Shown: positions 38,854-49,915 of the stretch, piece after piece
Numbering within the stretch: the first letter of the stretch is position 1
How the letters are laid out: every line of letters starts with the position of its first letter
From: Lama guanicoe
Taxonomy: Eukaryota
Direction of reading: 5' to 3'
Assembly (NCBI GenBank): GCA_013239625.1
Contig: MU053379.1
Span: 256,490 to 320,489 of the forward strand
DNA: 64,000 nt
Made by a program: the position numbers and the translations under genes
Notes under the pieces: model-generated
Told to the model about the DNA's origin: nothing
Databases searched by the model: none
The model's input: the letters and a program-made list of their open reading frames with translations, nothing else

Positions 38854-40195
38854 AGTATGATACAGGACAACCTGCTTTAGGAGAAAGCTGATGCTGCATT
38901 CGAGATGTCCAGGCATAAATACGAGAAGCAGCCAAAGGCATGAAGGTGATAATCTAATACCAGGCAATAACGTTGGATGATGTCTAGAGATGGGGTATGA
39001 AATTTGACAGATGAAAGAAAACGATGATTGGTACTAAAAGCTAGGATGGCGCCTGGGGAGAACTGGGTGAAGAAGGACTCGAGCACTGAAGGAAACCACA
39101 GGATGTATTGGGGGAAGACTTGCCTTTTATCCATTTTTCTTACACCCAAATTTTCCTGAGAGAAACTGCCATCAGTTTCTCTGAGTTGATAGTGAGGAAT
39201 TGTGGGCTTATCTTCCCCACGATTTCCCCAGAAGCCTAATCCTTGCATCCTTATCTTCCTTCTTCAGTGCTTTGTACCTAGCGGGCAGAACAGTTTTGTT
39301 TACTGCTTCTTCACTGGGTGCTATGTGTTTACCATTTCAATTCCTTCTGGCTTAGATGGTGCTGGGAGGCTGACTAGAGAAAGAAATAGAGCAGGACAGG
39401 CAAAGTTGCTTAAAATCTAGGAACCACCTCTTAGATGACGCATGAAATGCATGTCATATATTGTAATATTACCTTAGGGTTCAGTGCCAAAAGTGCAAAC
39501 GGTTACCCAGAGTGGTAACACTGAGGTACTACTATCAGTGGTTTATACATTAGTATGAGTGAGACTTAGATGCTGAACAAAAGCGGGTGCTGGTTACAGG
39601 TTACAGGTGGGTACTTTGATCAGAGGTTACAGAGGATGGTTTGGGAGAGGAAAGACAAAAGGGTGAACTGAGAGGAGCCCTGAACCTGAAGTTGAAGAGG
39701 TGAGGACTTCTGTTTCAGTCCTGCTACCAAGCAGATAATCGAGGGAAGTTACTGTACCTCTCTGGAATCAGCCTCTGTCATTCGTAAATCTGGTGGGTCC
39801 GATTCAGAACCAGCTCCTGGAAGTAGACCTTTTTGAATCCCATCTTCTCCCCAGTATCCAACTTTCTTTCCATCAGGGTTTATGTGCATGCCAACCAGCC
39901 ATTCATCTGAGAATCACCAAATCACTGTAAAAGCCCCTGCTCTCCACAGGATGTGTTGGGAGTGGAATGAAGTTGAAACTCTGAGATAGATTGGGACTGA
40001 GCTGGACAGTTCTGCAAGCTCCTTTATATTTTCTTTGAATTTATAAACATAGTGTTCGATGTCGCTGACTCTACATCCCTCAGAACCAGCGCTTAAGCTG
40101 TGCAGGGGGGCTGAAACTAGCACACGCGGAGTGAGAGCCAGACTCAGCAGCTCTTCATGTAAAAGCGTCTTCAGAAGACAGACATTGTCTCTCAG

Positions 40196-40261
40196 ATCTG
40201 GATTTGGAGCCCAGACAAGAATTGCAGGGCCTGTTCCAGGACCTCAGCTACATCCTACAAG
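40196..40261 (+). other. Candidate 66-nt internal exon (unverified)
   Basis: ttgtctctcag acceptor and AAG|gtaaaa donor; all three frames open; phase 1 reads DLDLEPRQELQGLFQDLSYILQ. Confidence 0.2.
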
Positions 40262-40354
40262 GTAAAATAAGTAAACCTAGATACCTGGACAATTGCTAAC
40301 CCAATCACAATGGATTTCAAGTTGGCCTCCCTCACAGTGAAACTGTGGGCATCA

Positions 40355-40810
40355 CACAGGCTCCTCAGAGCATGAGTCCAGACAGGCTCAAGTGCAAGTG
40401 GTTTACTTGTGAGATGATCCCAGGAAACACCAGCAGGGAAGTAAGGAAGTGATACAGGGAAGGGGAGGAAGCCCCAAAAGATGGCGTATTAAATGAGGTA
40501 CCACCATGGGGCAAGTGGAGCTTAACATCACTGGGGAATGCTGAGAAGCAGTGTGGGGCATGAGAGTTACCAAACAAGGACAAAGGAAAGTGGAGCACTG
40601 CCCTGCAAGCTCCTGGCCGACGGTGGCTGAAGGTTGCTTCCAGGGGTGCTAGCTCCCCAGCACCTCTGGCTTTTCCTCTGCAATGGCAGAAAAGGTTCTT
40701 GCAGCCAGAAACAAAACATACAAACAAGAAAGTGCCCAGACAGAGAGTCTCAGGTGTAGAGGTGATGCCCAGAGACTAGGGGCAGAGCTCTGGGAGCATC
40801 ATCTGCAATG
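40355..40810 (-). mobile_element. ERVL LTR (LTR33-like)
   Basis: caagtgcaagtggtttacttgtgagatgatcccaggaaacaccagcagggaagtaaggaagtgatacaggga. Confidence 0.8.
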
Positions 40811-41011
40811 TGGTATGGAACCAAAGTGTTTGGGCCTTCACAATGTGTTGTGCACATTATAACGTTGTTTCTGAGTTCTCATCATCTGTCTCCTTTCACC
40901 ATCCTTCTTTTCTGCTTCCCCATCCAACCATAGTCATGATCTATTGCAGGCAGAGAATGTTTCTCCCAATGCTCCAGGCATGGTACTCAGCTCTATCCAT
41001 TCATCAGTTAC

Positions 41012-41770
41012 TTATTTATTAAATTATTCAAACAAATTTATCGAATACTCCCCACAGCCAGGAGCTGCAATAGGTGCTGGGGAAAACATGATGGGCAAAT
41101 CAGGCACTGTTTCTGCCCCTACAGGAGGGCAGACAAGTGGGGGGACAGGCAGGGGCTGAACGGTGACATAAGTAAATGTATGTGCTGAGGAGAGCGTTCT
41201 GATGGAAAAACTGCCCTTCCAGGAGATCGCATTAGTTAGCCTGGGGTTTGAAGGAAAGTGCACAGGAAAGCGTCGTGTAAGCTGAGGCAGCAGAAAACAA
41301 GGAGAGGGGTAGGATCAGTGCACTTCAAGTCGAGGCAGCAGCATAGCAAAGACCCTGAGGGAAGTCAGAATATGGAAAATGGGAGAAACTGAGAGCAGAC
41401 CATGCGGCTGGAACATGGAGAGCAAGGCGGGCATGAGGTGCGTGGTAGAGAGGAAGCTTGGAGACCATAAAGGACACATGCAGGGCAAGTACAGTGGAAG
41501 TGGAGAAGGGGGAAGAGTCTGATTGCATTTGAAAAGATTGCTCTAGCTCCAGGGTTCAAAATGGCTGGAGCAGGTCAGCTGCAATTTGGAGACCGAAGAA
41601 GAAACGACTTACCAGCAAGGTAAAAGTTGGGAAGATGTGCGTTGAATGGGGAGATCTCAACAAAGGAAAATGCATAGGACTTGGTGAGTTCAAGGACATG
41701 AGGAGAGAAGAGAGGGAGAGTTAAGAAATACTCTGAGGTGCTGGCTTGTGCCATTACACAGATAGGAATT
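41012..41770 (-). mobile_element. L2 LINE fragment
   Basis: attcaaacaaatttatcgaatac...taggtgctggggaaa...gattgcatttgaaaagattgctctagct...ataggacttggtga. Confidence 0.7.
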
Positions 41771-41809
41771 GTCAATGCTTTAAGGCTTACTGAGCTTCTG
41801 GAGATGGGT

Positions 41810-41950
41810 ACTAACATCATCTCTTTTCTAATGAATGAGGAAATAGAGGCTCAGAGAGGTTGAGAAGTGTGCCCAAGGCCACAGAACCAAAAGTTGCACA
41901 AAGGAGGGGCGTAACTAAAGAGACAGTGGATACTAAAACCCATGCTCTGT
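41810..41950 (-). mobile_element. MIR fragment
   Basis: atgaggaaatagaggctcagagaggttgagaagtgtgcccaaggccacag. Confidence 0.8.
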
Positions 41951-43946
41951 CAGTCTCTGCATGGCGTCTCCTGTGTCCTCTCCTGTTGTATCATCCTCTG
42001 CATGGCACCTGCTCTACGTTCTGTCCATTCTATTGCCTTGCATAGGGTACCTTTGTGTGTCCCTTATGCTGTCTCTCTAATTAAATCATTTAGCCACTAT
42101 GTAGGTGGTATCCTCTTGGAAACCAGCTCTGTGCTGGGTGCCATCCAATAAACCAATCAATAGAACTAATTTGTGCTAATAGGGCAAAATGTATCTACTC
42201 GGATCACAGGCTTTCTAACAGCACCTCTGTGCAAAGTCGCATGAACAGTATTCAGGGCTTTGACATACTAACCTGGTAGCTTGTGACCCTATTTACAATC
42301 CCACAGGGAAGCTCCACTGCCCGTCCTCAGGCTGCAGCATTGGATCTGCTGGAAACGAAATCTCAGGGTCCAGTCAGAGCTCCCACACAGACCACTTTGA
42401 TCCTCAAATCAGGTTCCAGAAGAAGCAATGTGGGGATGTCCATTATGCTTGTTCTTTTCAAGCCTTAGCTGTTCTCCACTCAGAAGTGTACTTTAGAAAC
42501 GCACCTTGACTGGCCTGGGATTTTCTAGAAGCTGTCAGCTGGTTTGAAGACATTAATCAGGAATATTGAATGGAATCTAGACACTAAGGAAAAGCTTAAA
42601 ATATTTTTTCAAATGTGGCTCTTTATATTATGAAAAAATAATAGTCATGCTCATAAACCCAATTTATTCATATACACAATTATGAATATTTTTTTCTATT
42701 CTCACCTTGAGTGAGCAACATAAGAAATCTCAGGGAAGGTGACTGTCCAAATTAAAGGCAGACTTCTGCAATGACCTGACCTTGTTCCATTAACTCAGTA
42801 CTACAAATAGTGGGCAAACGTTTGTTGCCATTTCAAATATTCTCTCTCTCCTCCTGTGGACACTCTCGCAAAGCTGGAGTGGGACCTCAGAACTGGAGCA
42901 AGTGCCGAGCACTCTCAAGTGGCCACAGGTATCTGTGTGCCGCGTGTTAAGAGGAGATGGGAGCCTCACTAGTGCCATTTCACTGGATGAGTTAAAATTG
43001 CTCAACGGTGCTGATTCACAGCCTGTAGGAAATGCTTTACCAACTTTAAGAGCCCAGAAAGCAGGTGCTGTCGGGATGGGAACTTCCTTTGGCTCCTTGT
43101 TTCTGCATGTCTAGGTTTCCTGCTTGCTTTGTTGACCTCTTTCCCTTCTGTGACTGGCTAACTGTCAGAAGACAGAAAAACCCTCGCAATAAAGCCCCTT
43201 TCATGTATTCCATCTTCTGAACAGATGGGAAATGATGTTTGTGAAGACGCCCACCAGCGGACCCCTACAGAGGAGTTATTTTGCGTCAGAGACCTACACT
43301 GAGTGAGAACGTTGCAGGAACATTTAAAATTCACCCCCCACCCCCGCCACCATCAAAGCCTGGAAATTATGCTTTTCAAAATCCCTTAGGTGTTTTGATA
43401 AATAGTCTCTAAGTCTGAACAATCCTCTGACTGTTGTGGATTCTGGATTCTAGAAATGTAAATAATTATTCTAAGGCTGTGATAAGCTCCTCTCTACTCC
43501 CCTGGAAAGCAGAGCAAAAAGAAATTAATGCATGCTTCAGCAAGGAGTGTATTTTAGTTCCAAAGGAGAAGCTTGGAAACACAAAAATACAAGCTGGGTT
43601 AGGTCATTCTAATACATGGTCCAAGTGAGTAGCACAAATACTTTGTGCAGTACTGGAAGCATGAGCAGGGCCTCATGGGCCACCGGAATGATCTGCTGAA
43701 GGATTTACGTTCACACTGGAGAGGGCTCTTTATATTGATGGCATATATGACATTACGGGCACATGTAACTAAAACACAGTTTACCTCCATGGCTTCAAAG
43801 ACGGAAGCTTAGGAACGTTTAACTTGAAATTGGCATTTAACGTTCGCCTCCTTTGAGCTCATGGGAGATGGCCTGCTAATGTTGGTCTGGGGACCTTTCT
43901 TATCTTAAAGAGATGCTTAAAGCCCAGGATACCTGTTGTTCAAAAG

Positions 43947-44092
43947 ATCAGCACTTCTCAACTTTCCTGTGTCCTCAAATCCCCTGGCTCCAATCTGCAG
44001 GTCTGGGGTGGGGCCTCAGACACTGCTTTTCTAACGAACGTCCAGGCAATTCTGCTGCTGCTGCTCTGGGTCCACTCTTGGACGCAGAGGCA
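43947..44092. mobile_element. MER5A-like fragment
   Basis: caggtctggggtggggcctcagacactgcttttctaac...caggcaattctgctgctgctg. Confidence 0.7.
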
Positions 44093-44450
44093 GTGAGTGA
44101 GCGGACGGATTGTGTGTGTTTTATGTGAGAACTTGACAAGCTGTACAAATTCAGATTCTCCTTTAGATTATGAAATTAGCTCTATTTCCCTCTTTAAAAG
44201 AAAAACTAACTGGAAATGATTCAGCAATGTATGTCTAAAAGAAAGAAACAAAGACCGTATAATTCATATGTAACCACCCTTAACATTACAATATTTCTGT
44301 GTAATTCTCAACCCCCACTCAGCCTCACAGTTGCGAGACAATCTTTCATACACCTCTGACACTGGGACCCACCTCTCACGGATTCTGTTTTAATTGATCT
44401 GAAGTTGGATGTAGTCCCTGGTATTTTGTAAAAGCTCCCAATGTGATTCT

Positions 44451-47400
44451 TTTATTAAAATTGAAGTTTAGTTGATTTACCATGTTATATTAGATTCAGG
44501 TTTATAATGTAATGATTCAATATTTTTATAGATTATACTCCATTTAAAGTTATTATAACACATTGGCTACATTCCCTGTGTGTACAATATACCTTGGTAG
44601 CTTATTTATTTTATGCATAGTAGTTTGTACCTCTTAGCCCTCTTCCTCTATCTTGCCCCTCCCTCCTTCCCCACTAATTTGTTCTCTATATCTGAGAATC
44701 TGTTTATGTTTTGTTATATATATTATTTGATTCATTTTTTTTAGATTCCACATATAAATGATAGCATACAGTATTAGTCTTTCTCTGTTTGACTTATTTC
44801 ACTAAGCATAATACCTTCCAGGTCTATCCGTGTTGTTGTGAATGACAGAATTTCTTTTTCATGACTGAGTAATATTCCATTATATATATAAAACACCTTC
44901 TTTATCCATTCATCTGTTGATGGACACAGGTTGCTTTCATATCTTGGCTATTGTAAATAATGCTGCTATGAATACTGAGGGTATATGTATCTTTTCGAAT
45001 TAGTGTTTTCACTTTCTTCAGATAAATAGCCCAAGAGTGGAATTGCTAGATCATATGGTAGTTCTAGTTTTGGTTTTTTTTAGAAACCTCTATACTATTT
45101 TCCATAGTGGCTGCACCAATTTAAAGTCCCACCAATAGTGTACTAGGGTTCCCTTTTCTCCACATCCTCACCAACATTTGTTATTTGTGTTCTTTTTGAT
45201 TATGGCCATTCTGACAGGTGTGAGATGATATCTCATTGTGGCTCTGATTTACATTTCTCTGATTAGTTGTGATGTTGAGCATCTTTCCATGTGCCTGTTG
45301 GCCATTGATATGTATTTTTTTGGAAAAATTGTTTGGGTCTTATGTTCATATTTTAATTGAGTTTTTAAAAAAATATTGAGTTGTATGAGATGTTTATATA
45401 TTTTGAATATTAACCCCTTATTAGTCATATAATTTGCAAATGTTTTCTCCCATTCAGTAGGTTGTCTTTTGTTTTTGTCAGTGGTTTCCTTTGCTGTGCA
45501 AAGTGTTTAAGTTTAATTAGGTCCCATTTGTTTATTTTTGCTTTTGTTTTTTTGCTTTAGGAGACATATATCCAAAAAAATATTGCTACAACTTATGTAA
45601 AAGAATGTTCTGCTTATGTTTTCTTCTAGAAGTTTTATGGTTTCCAGTCTTAGATTTAGGTCTTAATCCATTATGAGTTTATTTTTTATATAGTGTGAGA
45701 AAATATTCTAATTTCATTTCAATTTCATTTCAATTTTTAGACAGTGCCTGGGTTAAATTTTGATCAGTAATGTTGAAGCCTGAATATTCCAACCTTGTGC
45801 CAAGCTCTGTAATTCCAGGAGATGCAGTTCAACCAAAGAGATTGTCCAGATTTTCCAGCAACACTTATTGAAGAGATTGTCTTTTCCCCATTGTATGTTC
45901 TTGCCTCCTTTGTCATACATTAACCACAAGTGCATGGTTTATTTCTGGGCTGTCTATTGCTGGGTTTTTTAAATTACTAATTCAATTTCACTACTAGTGA
46001 TCAGTCTGTTCAGATTGTCTATTTCTTCCCAATTCAGTCTCAGAGATCATATGTTTCTAGAAAATTATTTATTTCTTCTAGGTTTTCCAGTTGGTTGGCA
46101 TACAACTGTTCATAGTATTCTTTTATGATTTTTTTGTATCTGTGTGATATCAGTTGTAATTTCTCCTTTTTCGTTTCTTATTTTGTTTATTTGAACCCTC
46201 TTCTTTTCTTCCTTCCTTTCCTCCTTCTTTCCTTCCTTCCTTCCTTCCTTCCTTCCTTCCTTTCTTTCTTTACAAAGCTGTCTAAAGTCTCATCAATTTT
46301 GTTTAGCTTTTCAAAAATCAGCTCTTGGTTTCATTAATGTTTTCTATTTTTTATCTCTTATTTATTTCCTCTCTGGTCTTTATTATTTCCTTCTTTCTGT
46401 TGACACTGGGCTTTGTTCTTTGTTTTCTAATTCCTTTCTAATTCCTAATAAATTAATTCCTTTAACTTAGGTTAGATTGTTTATTTGAGAATTTTTTCTT
46501 TGTTTCTTGAGGAAGGCTTGTATCACTGTAAGCATCCTTCTTAGAACTGCTTTTTCTGCATTCCATAGATTGTGGAGTGTTGTGTTTATATTTTAATTTT
46601 TCTTGAGGTATTGTTAAATGTCCTCTTAGATTTCTTCATTCACCCATTGTTTTTTTTTTAATAGCATGTTGTATAGTCTCCACATGTTTGTGTTTTACTC
46701 GTTTTTCTTTCTGTAATTGGTTCCTAGTTTTATACCACTGTGGTCTGAAAAGATGCTTGATGTAGTTTCTATCCTCTAAAATTTGTTGAGACTTCTTTTG
46801 TGGCCTAGCATGTCATCTGTCCTGGAGGATATTCGTGTACATTTGAAATGAATATGTATTCTGCTCTTTTTGGATGGAATACCCTGTAGATTCCTATCAA
46901 GTCCAACTGGTCTAATGTGTCATTTAAGTCCACTGTTCCCTTATTGATTCCCTCTCTGGATAATCTGTCCACTGATATAAGTGAGGTGTTAAAGTCATCT
47001 ACTCTTATTGCATTATAGTCAGTTTCTTCCTTTATGTCTGTTAATATTTGCTTTATATATTTAGGTGCTCTTTTATTAGGTGCATATATGTTAATGAATG
47101 TTCTATCCTCTTCTTGTATTGATCCCTTTATCATTATATAATGCCCCTCTTTGTCTTTTGTTATAGACTTTGTTTGAAAGTCTACTTTGTCTAATATGAG
47201 TAAAGCTACCTCAGCTTTCTTGTTGCTTCCATTTGCATGAAATAATTTTTTTCTATCCCTTCACTTTCAATCTGTGCATGTGTGTCTTTAGCTCTGAAGT
47301 GAATCTTTTATAAGCAGCATATAGATAGGTCTTGTATTTTTTATACAATCTGTCACCTTATACTTTTGATTGAAGTATTTAGTCCATTGAAATTTAAAAT

Positions 47401-48034
47401 GATTATTGATAGGTGTGTACATACTGCCATATTGTTATTTATTTTCTGGTTATTTTTGTAGTTCTTCTCTGTTCTTTTCTTCTTCTCGTTTATTCCTCTG
47501 TGATTTGATGATTTTCTTCAGTGATAGGTTTATGTTCCTTTCTCTCTAGTTTTTGTATATCTATTGTAGGTTTTTGCGTATATTGTGGGTAATCTATCAG
47601 ACCCCTAGGCAGTTTCAATCTATTTCCTATGCCTTGTTCCTGGGAGAAAGCAAGCATGTATGCATGTTACATGAGCAAAGTCTAGCTTTCTTACAGCTCT
47701 TCTATTAAGTCCTACCGGTTTTCAAACCCAGACTCCAGGACTGAGATGCCAAATATGTGATTTGACTCCATTATTCCCCAGAGAGGATCTCTGAGTCAAT
47801 GATATCCCTCTCTTCTGTGTCCCCTCCTCTGGGCTGTTGTCCCAACCTGGTTGCTTCTCCTTTCCTGCTCAACTCCATGTGGATCTTTCTTTACAGCCTT
47901 CATTATAGAAGTCTTTCTGCCAGTCTCCAGTTTGTTTTCAGTGAGAACTGCTCCACATGTAGATGTATTTTTGATGTGTTTGCAGTGGGAGATGAGCTCA
48001 ACATCCTCCTACTCCTTCATTTTTATCTCTTCCA
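44451..48034 (-). mobile_element. LINE-1 retaining both termini but internally deleted (about 3.6 kb)
   Basis: 3' end at 44451; ORF2 C-terminus to about 45958; endonuclease ORF 46805-47134 (IKGSIQEED..INIYAPN..APKYIKQIL...DFNTSL); 5'UTR ending gagctcaacatcctcctactcc; 16-bp TSD at 44435-44450 and 48035-48050. Confidence 0.92.
46205..46272. repeat. (TTCC)n / pyrimidine-rich simple repeat within L1
   Basis: ccttccttccttcc run. Confidence 0.9.
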
Positions 48035-48149
48035 CTCCCAAGGTGATTCTGATGTGCAGTCAAGGTTTTGAATCATTGGTTAAACACAATTCAGGTATTT
48101 ATAGTCACTTAACTATAGGAGAACACCTTTTTTACTTCTAAAGTAAAAC

Positions 48150-48655
48150 AGAATACACTCTTCATAGATCTCCATCAGCTTTTTGAATAACTGAAAATAT
48201 TCCTTTAAAGGGATACACTCATTCAGTTGATCAATCTCCTTTTGTTGATATTTATCTTGTTTCTGATTTTTCTTTACTAGAAACAGCATTGCACTGAATA
48301 TCATCATACCTTCATATTTGAGCACAATCTATAGGATAAATTCCTAGCAGTGAAACTACTAGGACGACATGAGACAAAATTTTTGCACATGTTGTGCAAC
48401 TACTACAAGAATGTTGTACCAATTTACATTCCTATCATCTGTTTCTGAGGGAGCCCATATTGCAATACCTTGGTTCAAGACTTGGTGTTATTCCTTTAAA
48501 ATTGATCAAATAGGTGAAAAATATTCCATATCAATCTGGATCTACATGTTTCATAGTGAAGTTGGGCATCTTTTCATATGTTTATTGGCCATTTCTAGTT
48601 TCTCTATAAGCTGCCTTTTGTGTCCTCAGTGGGAATTATTAGTATTTTAACTGAC
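48150..48655 (-). mobile_element. Ancient L1 (L1ME-like) 3' region
   Basis: ataggataaattcctagcagtgaaact...tgtaccaatttacattcc...gttgggcatcttttcatatgtttattggccatt. Confidence 0.75.
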
Positions 48656-48759
48656 TTTTCTGCAAAAAAGTTAAAAGATACTGTCAATTCCAACCCAGAC
48701 CTCTTGTACAGGAGGGGTCAGTGCCCACCAAGAGATCCTTGACCTGCCCTAGAAATTAC

Positions 48760-49148
48760 CTTACATAGTCCTGTACATGCCATGGCTCCCATGTGTTCTC
48801 TTGACCCAAGAATTGCTTGGCAGAGGAGGCCAGAAGTGCCTTGAGTTCACTTGTTAGGAGCGACATTCAAGCAATGAGAGACAAGAGTTAGTAGATAAAT
48901 GCTCCAGCTTCCTTGGAATGCAGGAGACAATTTTGTAGTTTCCCAGCTTCTCAGAGCATCCCCAGCAAGATGAAAACTCAGTTTACCACAGAAGGAGCCT
49001 ACTCTATAATGTTCCTCTTATCAGCTTTTCTCTCTCCTCTCTCTCACTCTTCCATTCCCTCAAAATGCTTTCTGCTGAATAAACTACTTGATGAATTATG
49101 CTCATTCCCCATATTAGAATCTACTCTGGTGGGACTCCAAACTAAGAC
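48760..49148 (+). mobile_element. ERVL solo LTR (LTR16-like)
   Basis: gataaatgctccagcttcc...aataaactacttg...tctggtgggactccaaactaagac. Confidence 0.7.
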
Positions 49149-49569
49149 CCTCAGGAATTCTAATTTCCTCAGGCTAGTTGCACTTTTCTAACTTGATGTG
49201 CACTTGTGTGCTGGTGGGAGAATGCCAATGATTGTGCCTCATGTGAAAATCTCGAGAAGTATCGAGACAGACAACTACACAGAGACTCAAAGGGATACAG
49301 AAGACACTGTTCATAAAAAATGGGAATGCAACAAGCACCATTCCCCAGGTCTAGAGCACCGTGGCTTATCTGGGGGAACTGTGGCATGCAAGTCCCAAAT
49401 GCAGTCTTCCACAGGTATTGCTCTTTGGCGTGGGGTCGGAACGGGATGCAGAGCAGCAAAAATACAGAGAGGTGTGTACAAGGTCTGGGGAGGAGAGGAG
49501 TAGGATGGGCTCAGGCTATAAAGAAATTATACTGTGGACTTTGCGTCCAAGTTGTAGCTTGGGTGAAGG

Positions 49570-49915
49570 TTGGTGCATTTAAAATTAATGAGCTAGGACT
49601 ACGTGAATCAGTATGTGTGAACTTAAAAACAATGTTGAGTCAAAAAAGGAAGTTTTGAAGAAATATAGAGTGTGATGTAATGCAAAATTTTAAAACAAAG
49701 AAATAAGACTATAGGCTTTTTAATGGTACATATGCACATAGTAAAAGTATAAAACTATGACTGAGAATAATGCACACCAAATTCAGACTTGTGAGAGGGA
49801 AATTTAATGGGTGAAGAGTTCACCTGTATCTGTAGTAATTTTTAAAGGAGAATCTGAAACTAACTCATCAATATTTTGTTAAATTTGCGTGATGTGTTAG
49901 TTGTGTCATTATTTA
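49570..49915 (+). mobile_element. Ancient L1 3'UTR (L1ME3/4-like)
   Basis: aatgagctaggactacgtg...aaaacaatgttgagtcaaaaaagg...gtaaaagtataaaa...acaccaaattcag. Confidence 0.7.

Larger units (their letters stand above)
44340..48080. mobile_element. MER5B-like element split by the 44451-48034 L1
   Basis: gattctgttttaattgatctg...tattttgtaaaagctcccaatgtgattct | ctcccaaggtgattctgatgtgcagtcaaggttttgaatcattg. Confidence 0.7.
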
